Shown piece by piece: positions 48,614 through 56,396 of a DNA stretch of 64,000 nucleotides (position 1 is the stretch's first letter; each line of letters begins with the position of its first letter). The DNA is taken from contig OZ242029.1 of the NCBI GenBank assembly GCA_965205015.1, forward strand, positions 2,912,001 through 2,976,000, given 5' to 3'. Under the pieces are notes generated by a model. The model had not been told where the DNA came from and searched no databases. It worked only from the letters and a program-made list of their open reading frames with translations. The stretch comes from Candidatus Poribacteria bacterium (GTDB lineage Bacteria > Poribacteria > WGA-4E > WGA-3G). Both the position numbers and the translations under genes were made by a program.

Positions 48614-48973
48614 ATGAGAAACGGCATCGCTTTTCCAAACACGCTTGCCTTTAAGCGTAGTTTGAAAACCGGCATTTTAATAAGTTTATGTTGTTATGTT
48701 GTGCTGCTGAGTGCCATCGAACTCACGCACGATCATCACGAGCATGACGATCCTGACGAACGCTCCCATTCTGCGGAAGCCTGTGCAGCCTGTTTCTATT
48801 GCAGCCAACATCTCGGAGAGGAGGTTGAGTTCTTTGCACTCATCTTTTCATTCCTTCCGATTACGGTGCTTCCGTTTTATGAGGTTACCGTTTTCCTTCC
48901 TTTAAGACTCATCACGAACACGCGCAGTCGTGCCCCACCTGTATTCTCCAATGAACTTCCAGATTTTGTCTGA
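48614..48973 (+). CDS. DUF2946-like leader ORF (TM segment, His-rich, CxxC, C-terminal RAPP)
   Basis: Hydrophobic helix, HDHHEHDD, CAAC, TRSRAPP ten codons before the stop. Confidence 0.75.
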   Translation: MRNGIAFPNTLAFKRSLKTGILISLCCYVVLLSAIELTHDHHEHDDPDERSHSAEACAACFYCSQHLGEEVEFFALIFSFLPITVLPFYEVTVFLPLRLITNTRSRAPPVFSNELPDFV

Positions 48974-48990
48974 AGACAAAATCTTTTTCT
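48961..48990 (+). terminator. Terminator-like hairpin with the leader stop codon in its loop
   Basis: AGATTTTGTC-TGAA-GACAAAATCT followed by TTTTCT. Confidence 0.65.
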
Positions 48991-49337
48991 ATTTTATGTT
49001 GCTATGTTGTCCAAAGGGTTAGGGAGTACTTGCACTCGTCCTCCATTTGGGTACCTATGCTTTAAGGGTTATCAGTTAAAAGAGGGTGTTTTTACTTGGG
49101 GCGTTCCCTTGTTAAACGAAAACCTCTTAACCTTAACTATCAACTCGTGCTTTAACACTTATAACGGAGGATTTTTGTTTGCGTGTTTCTGTAGATTTCT
49201 TCAGGTTGATGGTTAAAACCGACGACTGATAACTGAAAACCATTTAAGTTCATTTTACAAAGTAAGAGGGCTTTAGAAAGCCCACACGCGGCTTTTTTCC
49301 CGCCGTGTGCCATCAGATATATATATAGGAGAATACA

Positions 49338-49979
49338 ATGCTTACGCGCTTTGTAGGACAAGATCTTTCTGTTACCATTTCTCACTTAATGTTACTTGTT
49401 TTTGTTGCCATCCTTCCGTGTATTGGCGGTTGTGGTGAAGATGACAACCCTATCATTGATGATGACCATGACCACGAACACGAAGCGGATGCACCCCTTC
49501 ACGCTGATGCCGACGGCTTTAACCTGGAAATCAATGGAGATGTGGTCTATCATCAACATCAAGGCACCCATGAAGGTGGTCTCACCGTTGGCGTTGGTGA
49601 AGAGATTCAGGTCGATGTACATTTTATTGACGCGAACGAAGCGGAACTCCATCTCGATGAAGTAGCGCCCCCGCCGGATGGAGAGGACGACCATGGAGAG
49701 GACGACCATGGACATGGCGGAGCGGAATTCTTCAGTTTGGGTCTGTCGGGTTACGATTCCTCTATTATTAGGATCCATCTGGACGAAGAGGAACATGGTG
49801 AAGAAGAGGAACATGGTGAAGAAGAGGAACACGAAGAGGAACACGAAGAACACGGTGACGCGTTACCGTTTGGACTCGAAGGATTGAAAGCAGGAAAAAC
49901 GGAAATCAAACTGCAACTGCTTCACGGGAATCATCCGGATTTCACGGCGGCACTTCTGATACCGGTGACTGTCCAATAA
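49338..49979 (+). CDS. His/Glu-rich metal-binding lipoprotein
   Basis: Lipobox IGGC, DDDHDHEHE, (EDDHG)x2, (EEEHG)n from 15-bp tandem repeats, C-terminal LLHGNHPDF; RBS aggag. Confidence 0.75.
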   Translation: MLTRFVGQDLSVTISHLMLLVFVAILPCIGGCGEDDNPIIDDDHDHEHEADAPLHADADGFNLEINGDVVYHQHQGTHEGGLTVGVGEEIQVDVHFIDANEAELHLDEVAPPPDGEDDHGEDDHGHGGAEFFSLGLSGYDSSIIRIHLDEEEHGEEEEHGEEEEHEEEHEEHGDALPFGLEGLKAGKTEIKLQLLHGNHPDFTAALLIPVTVQ

Positions 49980-49991
49980 GGGGAGAGGTCC

Positions 49992-52352
49992 ATGTTAGGC
50001 ATTTATAGAGGACTTACGCGGTCCCCTTGTAGGTGCGGTTTCAAACCGCACCTACCGCGTGGGGGTATGCGGAATTCTGCGATTTCGCGTGAGTCCTGTT
50101 ATAGGGGTCTGCTGAGGTCTCATCGGATAGGGGCACTTTTTAAGGGGGTCTGTCTATGTATGTTGATGTTTGGAGCGGTAAGTCTGCCCTACTGTTATGG
50201 ACGGGGACATAGTGCTCAAAACCGACTGCATTCCTTGGAAGGTGAAGTTGTCGAAAAGCTGAGGCATGCCCAACTCGGTGCAGTTACCGTCCGTCTGAAG
50301 GGACTGAAAGAAAGTGTCCGGACGGATACAAGCGGTCGGTTTAAGTTCGACGCAGTGCCGGAAGGACAGCAGACGCTTCAGTTCCTGAAGGTCGGTTATC
50401 AACTGTTTGAACAAGTCGTTGATGTCAATGCCGCCACACCTTATCTCAAGATTGAATTGGCGGCGTTGCCGTTTCAACTGAACACCATCAAAGTCTACGG
50501 TTCAAATCGCTATCTGTCACAGTTTGAGGAAACAACCGACTTAGCATTGGATGAGGAAGCGCTCCAAAGACGGTTAGGTATGACCTTAGCGAACACGTTG
50601 GCGAATGAGATCGGCATTTCACAACGAACGATGGGGCGGGCAATCGCTCGTCCTGTGATTCGTGGATTGGGCGGTGACAGGCTGCTCATTCTGGAAAACG
50701 GCGAACGGACAGGCGATAAATCCGCATCCAGTGCCGACCACGCTGTATCGATTGATCCGACGACGGCTGAAGGCGTTGAAATTACGCGGGGTCCCGCATC
50801 GCTCATTTACGGTTCAAGCACTCTGGGTGGGGTTATCAACGTCAAAAGCAATCACATACCCCAAATTCTACCGAGACGGCTCGATATGCACCTAACGTTC
50901 CAGGCGGAATCTGTTAACTCGGGTTTGACGGGAACAACAGGTTTTACGTTCCCAATTGGTGATTTTGCGGGGAATGTCGAATGGAATCGACGCCTTGCCT
51001 CTGACATACAAACGCCGGTGGGGGTCCTCGAAAACACTTCCCTTTCAAACGTCAATTTTTCAGGCGGTGCCTCGCTGATTAAGCCGTGGGGTTTCATCGG
51101 TGCCTCTGGAAGCCGGTATCGTTCAGATTACGGCGTTCCGGGTTCTCCAGAAGGACATATCAGTGGCGTTAACATCGCACTCGACAAGCAACGGTATGAA
51201 GGGCAGATGGAGTACCGCTTCAATACAAGGATGCTTGAAAAGGTAAGACTTCAGACTGCCTATACGCGTTATGAGCATCAAGAGTTGGAGTCGAACGGAA
51301 CACTGGGTGTGGAGTTCGGGGTGATAACCTACAACGTCTCAGCGATGGCGCACGTGTTCGACAACGCCGTTGCGGGTGTTTGGGGGGAATATCGAGACCA
51401 TGCCACAGGTGGGTTTTATTGGACACCGCACACCCGTGAGTTCGCGTTGGCGGGATTTTATCTCAACCAGCGTAACTTTGGCAAACTCACCTTACAGGGG
51501 GCTATCCGCTACGACGTTAGGCGTTCGGAACCGTTTCGACCTGGGGCAGTTGTCCGAGCCGGAACCGTCCAACGCCGCGATTTCAACGGTTTCTCCGGGG
51601 CTACCTCTGGAATTTACCATTGGACGGATAGGGTGAGCACTGGAGCGACCCTGATGAAAACGTTTCGCGCACCCGGTATTGAGGAACTTTTCAGCGATGG
51701 CCCCCACTTGGCTGTCTTTTCCTACGAAATCGGCAATGCAGAGCTGGAATCTGAGAATGGCTATGGCACTGAACTCTTCGTCAAATACGCAGACGAGAGG
51801 TTCAGACTCAATCTGGCACTTTTCAGGAATCAGATACAGAACTACCTCATTCCGACGCAGAGCGGTGAAAAGGAGTGGGGTAGCGGGGCAGCGGGATGGT
51901 TATGGATTTATCAATACATGGGACACGATGTTGTGATGGATGGGGCTGAAATCCAAATAGGGGGTGAGGTCCTCTCACAGGTCCATCTTCAGTTGAATAT
52001 GAGTTACATCCACGGAACTATTCAAACCAGTGGGCGACCGCTGGAGCGTATCCCACCCCTCAACGGTAAATTCGTCATCAGTTACACACCCGCCCCGTTG
52101 CATTTGCATGTTGCATCCCGTTTTTCAGGCAGCCAGACCCGACTCGGCGAATTTGAGGAACCGACAGACGGCTACCTCGTCTATGATATTGGAGGTTCTC
52201 TCAATTTTTCGTGGTGGCAGCTTGAGAACATGGTCGTTTTCGAGATTGAAAACCTCCTTGATACCGCCTACCGCGAACATTTGTCTCGCATCAAAGCGGT
52301 CATGCCGGAACCCGGACGGAACGCGAAGTTGCTGTATAAACTTAATTTTTGA
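49992..52352 (+). CDS. TonB-dependent receptor (ZnuD-like metal uptake)
   Basis: N-terminal carboxypeptidase-like domain, plug RPVIRGLGGDR, ADHAVSIDP, RGPASLIYGS..LGGVINV, RAPGIEELFSDGPH, NLLD..YREHLS, C-terminal Phe. Confidence 0.9.
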   Translation: MLGIYRGLTRSPCRCGFKPHLPRGGMRNSAISRESCYRGLLRSHRIGALFKGVCLCMLMFGAVSLPYCYGRGHSAQNRLHSLEGEVVEKLRHAQLGAVTVRLKGLKESVRTDTSGRFKFDAVPEGQQTLQFLKVGYQLFEQVVDVNAATPYLKIELAALPFQLNTIKVYGSNRYLSQFEETTDLALDEEALQRRLGMTLANTLANEIGISQRTMGRAIARPVIRGLGGDRLLILENGERTGDKSASSADHAVSIDPTTAEGVEITRGPASLIYGSSTLGGVINVKSNHIPQILPRRLDMHLTFQAESVNSGLTGTTGFTFPIGDFAGNVEWNRRLASDIQTPVGVLENTSLSNVNFSGGASLIKPWGFIGASGSRYRSDYGVPGSPEGHISGVNIALDKQRYEGQMEYRFNTRMLEKVRLQTAYTRYEHQELESNGTLGVEFGVITYNVSAMAHVFDNAVAGVWGEYRDHATGGFYWTPHTREFALAGFYLNQRNFGKLTLQGAIRYDVRRSEPFRPGAVVRAGTVQRRDFNGFSGATSGIYHWTDRVSTGATLMKTFRAPGIEELFSDGPHLAVFSYEIGNAELESENGYGTELFVKYADERFRLNLALFRNQIQNYLIPTQSGEKEWGSGAAGWLWIYQYMGHDVVMDGAEIQIGGEVLSQVHLQLNMSYIHGTIQTSGRPLERIPPLNGKFVISYTPAPLHLHVASRFSGSQTRLGEFEEPTDGYLVYDIGGSLNFSWWQLENMVVFEIENLLDTAYREHLSRIKAVMPEPGRNAKLLYKLNF
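50008..50098. mobile_element. MITE/REP-like insertion, in frame within the receptor 5' end
   Basis: Ends aggacttacgcg / cgcgtgagtcct; internal palindrome gtaggtgcggtttcaaaccgcacctac; TTATA(G) duplicated at 50003 and 50099 (96-bp spacing). Confidence 0.7.
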
Positions 52353-52418
52353 AACTGTAGGATGGGGACGATGGTTTTTATCATTCGTCCCCGTTCTCGA
52401 TTTTCTAAGGAGATAAAA

Positions 52419-52817
52419 TTGAAAAAATACTTTAACCACGAATTAGCGGATACGACTGGCGCGTGTCTCTCTGTAGCGTGCGCCGTCCATTGCCTTTCGA
52501 TGCCGCTTTTAGTCGCAGTTTTGCCTTTGATTGGGTTGGGCTTCCTTGCGAATGAAAGTGCTGAATTGGTGCTTATCCTTGTGGCAATTGGACTGGCAGT
52601 TGGGAGTTTAGCGTGGGGGCTTCGACACCACCGAAGTTGGCGCGCATTGTTGATACTGATAGTGGCATTGGCATTCATCGCCACCGCTCGAACAGCCGTT
52701 GAGGGCACATTTGAAGTGGTCTTCTATAGTATCGGTGCGGTTTTACTCGCCTCCGCACACCTTGTAAATCGGTACTTATGTAAGACCTGTCCAGCATGTG
52801 AGCCGGGAGATGTATAA
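52419..52817 (+). CDS. MerC-domain membrane protein
   Basis: D..GACLSVACAVHCL..P, four TM segments, GLRHH, AHLVN; TTG start after aaggag. Confidence 0.8.
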   Translation: MKKYFNHELADTTGACLSVACAVHCLSMPLLVAVLPLIGLGFLANESAELVLILVAIGLAVGSLAWGLRHHRSWRALLILIVALAFIATARTAVEGTFEVVFYSIGAVLLASAHLVNRYLCKTCPACEPGDV

Positions 52818-52821
52818 GATT

Positions 52822-53763
52822 ATGCAGAGACTATACATTTCAGTGTGTTTAATAGGTATACTAATATGGTCTGGCTGTGATCCGAAGGGACAACCGGGGG
52901 CTGCCACGGACGATAAACTTCGCGTTGTTGCTACGATCGGTATGATTGCTGATGTTGTTAAAAATGTTGGCGGTCCGCGCGTTGAGGTGACCGGGATGGT
53001 AGCACCTGGCGTAGACCCACACTTTTACAACCCGACGCCTAAAGATGTTCAAAGGCTCGGTTCAGCACACATCATCTTCTATAACGGGCTGCACCTTGAA
53101 GCAAAAATGACGGACATCCTTGCGAAGATGTCGGAGGATACGCTGACGGTCGCCGTAACAGACGCTGTAGATCGGAGTCTACTGCTAACACCCGCAGAAT
53201 ACGAGGGACTCTACGATCCGCACTTATGGTTTGACGTGAAGCTTTGGATGCAAACGGTGGGAAAAGTGCGCGATGCCCTGAGTGAATTCGATGCCGATAA
53301 TACTGACCTGTACCGCAGCAACGCCGAACGCTACCTCACGAAACTCATGGAACTCGATGAATACGTAAAGTCGCAAGTGGAACGCGTGCCATCTCAGCAA
53401 CGCGTCCTTGTGACGGCGCACGACTGTTTTAACTACTTCGGAACGGCATACGGGTTTGAGGTACGCGGATTACAAGGTATTAGCACTGCGACAGAAGTCG
53501 GTATCGCTGATGTACAGGAATTGGCGACGTTTATTGCGGAGCGGGGTATCTCTGCTATTTTTGTAGAGTCATCCGTCTCTTCACGGAGTCTCGAAGCCGT
53601 GAAAGCCGCCGTGAAGTCAAAAGGATTTGATGTGAAGATCGGTGGTGTGCTCTTCACAGACGCTATGGGAAATGAGGGGACACCTGAAGGGACCTACATC
53701 GGGATGATCCGATATAATATTGATACGATTGTACATGCTTTGATTGAGAAATCGGAGTTATAA
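52822..53763 (+). CDS. Metal ABC substrate-binding lipoprotein (TroA/MntA/ZnuA cluster A-I)
   Basis: Lipobox WSGC; ligands DPHFY, DPHLWF, TAHDCF, FTDAMG; YNGLHLE. Confidence 0.92.
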   Translation: MQRLYISVCLIGILIWSGCDPKGQPGAATDDKLRVVATIGMIADVVKNVGGPRVEVTGMVAPGVDPHFYNPTPKDVQRLGSAHIIFYNGLHLEAKMTDILAKMSEDTLTVAVTDAVDRSLLLTPAEYEGLYDPHLWFDVKLWMQTVGKVRDALSEFDADNTDLYRSNAERYLTKLMELDEYVKSQVERVPSQQRVLVTAHDCFNYFGTAYGFEVRGLQGISTATEVGIADVQELATFIAERGISAIFVESSVSSRSLEAVKAAVKSKGFDVKIGGVLFTDAMGNEGTPEGTYIGMIRYNIDTIVHALIEKSEL

Positions 53764-53925
53764 CCCGTTGGCTTCCAGCCAGCGGGTTTCTATCAAGGCT
53801 GGTCACGTGCTGCCTATTGGGATGGTCGAAATGATGTGGGTAAGCGGGTTTCAAGTGGTGTCTATTTCTATCGATTGTCCACACCCTCTTTCCATCAGAT
53901 GAAGCGGATGGTTATTTTGAAATAA
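53764..53925 (+). pseudogene. Orphan 3' fragment of a FlgD Ig-like/T9SS-like C-terminal domain
   Basis: Translates GFQPAGFYQGWSRAAYWDGRNDVGKRVSSGVYFYRLSTPSFHQMKRMVILK*, no start codon; in frame behind the SBP stop. Confidence 0.75.
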
Positions 53926-54002
53926 GTGCCGAGAAAATTCATCACTACGCTTGAATGTCATTGGGTAGTGATGAATGTGTATATTCGCGGGCGTGTAACA
54001 CA
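53897..54002 (+). repeat. 106-bp direct repeat, copy 1, with a 12-bp-stem hairpin
   Basis: Near-identical to 55362-55467; ATTCATCACTAC...GTAGTGATGAAT. Confidence 0.9.
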
Positions 54003-54167
54003 ACGGCTGATTTTATTGAGTTTGTCCGGTTGCCGCAAGCCGGCGTACTATAACTTTGACTCATGTTAAGAAATAGTGCAAAGAAACCGACAATTCTTGA
54101 CACCGCTTTTGAATTGCTTCGTGACCTTGAGGAGAAGTAGAAGCGGCTTCTTATGGAGGAATAAGTC

Positions 54168-54764
54168 ATGTCTGGCAGAACTGGCAACGAATCTGCGCGT
54201 TGGTCAGGTGCATTGAACAAGGTCAGGAAGATCGGGACGACGCTGTTGGACCAACAGTTGTGGTGTTGGGGACAGGACATTCGCCGGACAGGCGGAAATG
54301 CTTTGCTCGCCTACGGTTTTACCAAACATCGACCGCTGGAAGGCAAGCACGGAAGTACCGCTTATGAGTGGCGTGGCTCTGGCAGAAGCCGAGTTATTTT
54401 ATGGGGATTCGGGTTTTTCTATGGCGATGGGGACCGAGGCGGACTTTTCTTGCAGCGTTACAAATTCGCGCCCAAACAGACGGCAGCGGTCGATTTTTCG
54501 TTGCCCATATGGAAACCAGAGCAACTCCCTGAGCTTACGCATCCACGTGATGTGGAAGCGTGGGGTCGCGTTTTCAGCTTGCTCACTCAAGGTCTCGCAT
54601 GGATAGGCGACTACGAGCGGTGGATTATTTCTGAATACGGACTTGACTATCGCCAACGGTGTACTGACGCATGGAAGAAGAAATGTATTCCGGCACACGA
54701 GATGGCTGCAAAGTGGCATGAACTCGTCGAATACTTGCTTTCACAGCCCGGAAGCGATTGGTAA
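54168..54764 (+). CDS. Hypothetical Trp/Gly-rich protein
   Basis: 198-aa ORF, RBS ggagg; motifs LLDQQLWCWGQDI, LWGFG, WIGDYERWI. Confidence 0.65.
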   Translation: MSGRTGNESARWSGALNKVRKIGTTLLDQQLWCWGQDIRRTGGNALLAYGFTKHRPLEGKHGSTAYEWRGSGRSRVILWGFGFFYGDGDRGGLFLQRYKFAPKQTAAVDFSLPIWKPEQLPELTHPRDVEAWGRVFSLLTQGLAWIGDYERWIISEYGLDYRQRCTDAWKKKCIPAHEMAAKWHELVEYLLSQPGSDW

Positions 54765-54802
54765 ACATAAGGAATAATCCGAATCAACTTTTTAAGTTCT
54801 AT

Positions 54803-54831
54803 TTGACATTGACACAATCGCGTGCTATAAT
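54803..54831 (+). promoter_or_regulatory. Consensus sigma70 promoter of metal operon 2
   Basis: TTGACA-17 bp-TATAAT with extended TG; paralog of 48531-48559. Confidence 0.85.
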
Positions 54832-54887
54832 TTATCGCAAGTTTATTGGCACTCATTTTTTTTAATCATAACCATAGGTTCTGGTGT

Positions 54888-55247
54888 ATGAGAAACGGCA
54901 CAACTTTTCCCAACAAGTTAATATTTGGGCTTAGTTTGAAAATCTGTGTTTTAACAGGTTTATGTTGTTACGTCGTGCTGCTGGGTATTATCGGACTGGC
55001 ACACGATCATGACGAACATGCCCATTGCAAGGAACATGCCCATTGCAAGGATACCTGCGCAGCCTGTTCCTTTTGCAGCCAGCACGTCGGTGTCGAGATT
55101 GAATCCTTTGCTCTCAACGCGCCGTTCTTTTTTCATACTATACTCCGACTTTATGAAGACACTGTTATCCCTCTAAAACTGGTCATCCACACGCGAAGTC
55201 GTGCCCCACCTGTATTCTCCACTGAACTCGCAAATTATGCCTTTTAA
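54888..55247 (+). CDS. Second DUF2946-like leader ORF with RAPP
   Basis: MRNG..FPN start shared with 48614; LCCYVVLL, HDHDEHAHCKEHAHCK, CAAC..CSQH, TRSRAPPVFS. Confidence 0.75.
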   Translation: MRNGTTFPNKLIFGLSLKICVLTGLCCYVVLLGIIGLAHDHDEHAHCKEHAHCKDTCAACSFCSQHVGVEIESFALNAPFFFHTILRLYEDTVIPLKLVIHTRSRAPPVFSTELANYAF

Positions 55248-55266
55248 AGGCAGATTTTGTTTTTCC
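55230..55266 (+). terminator. Terminator-like hairpin over the stop codon of leader 2
   Basis: gcaaattatgcctt-tta-aaggcagattttgt (imperfect 14-bp stem) followed by TTTT. Confidence 0.5.
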
Positions 55267-55361
55267 TTTATATCCTTGATTGTACAAAGATCGCGGGGGT
55301 ACCTATGACGGGTCCCGCGCTTTGTACACCGCTGCTTTGGAACGTATCGTAGCGTTTCTGT

Positions 55362-55467
55362 AGATGAAGCGGATGGTTATTTTGAAATAAGTGTCGAGAA
55401 AATTCATCACTACGCTTGAATGTCATTGGATGGTGATGAATGTGTATATTCGCAGGAGTGTAACACA
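55362..55467 (+). repeat. 106-bp direct repeat, copy 2
   Basis: Near-identical to 53897-54002. Confidence 0.9.
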
Positions 55468-55479
55468 CAGGAGAAAGGT

Positions 55480-55890
55480 ATGAGCGCAGATAGAATCGAA
55501 TCGTCGTCCAAGCTAGCATCAAAACGGCGCGTCTTAATGCATATACTGGTCTGTAACGGTTGTTGTTGTGGCGTGACAGAGAAACGGAAACCGCCTGTAC
55601 CGGTCGAGTGGCTCATACAGGAGTGGCGGAACAGACGACTGGCCTCTTCAATAACATTGACAATCAGCGCAGGCTGCCTTGGGCCATGCGATCTCGCAAA
55701 TGTCATCTGTATCACATCACCGGACGGTGTCGTGTGGTTAGGACAGATAGAACTCCATCTACACTATGAGCGACTCGTGGATTGGGCGGAAGCCGTGGCG
55801 CGAACAGATGCGCTACTTCCGTTGCCTTCAGCCTTTGAGAGTCACCGTTTTGATCGGTTTCGATCTTCCTACACACCTTCCACAGAATAG
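55480..55890 (+). CDS. Thioredoxin-like (2Fe-2S) ferredoxin-domain protein
   Basis: ILVCNGCCCG and AGCLGPC..ANV...PDG.VW; RBS aggagaaagg. Confidence 0.65.
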   Translation: MSADRIESSSKLASKRRVLMHILVCNGCCCGVTEKRKPPVPVEWLIQEWRNRRLASSITLTISAGCLGPCDLANVICITSPDGVVWLGQIELHLHYERLVDWAEAVARTDALLPLPSAFESHRFDRFRSSYTPSTE

Positions 55891-55960
55891 AGACCGCGGA
55901 CTTGAGAAAAATCTGGTCAAAATCGTGTGCGATGACCGATTCGTGGCGAGATTTCAGATA

Positions 55961-56079
55961 TTATAGTAAAGTTTAGAATTAATTAGACACTTTAAAGAGG
56001 CGAGGATACAATCCTCGCCAGCGGCGGAGAGGATTGTTTCGCTAAGCAACTGTCTCCATATTTTTCGACTTTACTATAA
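55961..56079. mobile_element. MITE-like element with internal REP-like palindrome
   Basis: 12-bp terminal inverted repeat ttatagtaaagt / actttactataa; internal ggcgaggatacaatcctcgcc. Confidence 0.6.
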
Positions 56080-56116
56080 AACAGCATCATATACGAGGAG
56101 AGGAGGCCATACAACA

Positions 56117-56377
56117 GTGCTGAAATTTTTCAATTTGCAAAAAGAGAGTGACCCACAGCAACTCGTCCAAGTCAAATCGTGGGTCTCTGAAGTCTTTGAT
56201 CTATCAGAAGACGTCTCCGTGATGATTACTCAGTTGCAATGCACCGAAGAAGGCTGCCCGCCTATTGAAACGGTCATTGCAATCATGGAAACGCCGGGAA
56301 AACCCCGGCAATACAAGATTCACAAACCGTTGGCGGAGGTGAAGCAGACGGACATCGTTAGCTTGACCGCTGGCTAA
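56117..56377 (+). CDS. Small Cys-motif protein next to the COG0523 gene
   Basis: QLQCTEEGCPPIETVI...KIHKPL; strong RBS gaggagaggagg. Confidence 0.7.
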   Translation: MLKFFNLQKESDPQQLVQVKSWVSEVFDLSEDVSVMITQLQCTEEGCPPIETVIAIMETPGKPRQYKIHKPLAEVKQTDIVSLTAG

Positions 56378-56396
56378 ATTCAACAAGGAGAGACAG

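Noticed and set aside
48990-49337. Cobalamin or other riboswitch ahead of the TonB receptor operon
   Set aside because: No B12-box or other recognisable aptamer; the region is mostly heptamer-repeat palindromes and one hairpin
52419-52817. Mercury resistance operon
   Set aside because: No merA, merR, merT or merP; the context is metal uptake
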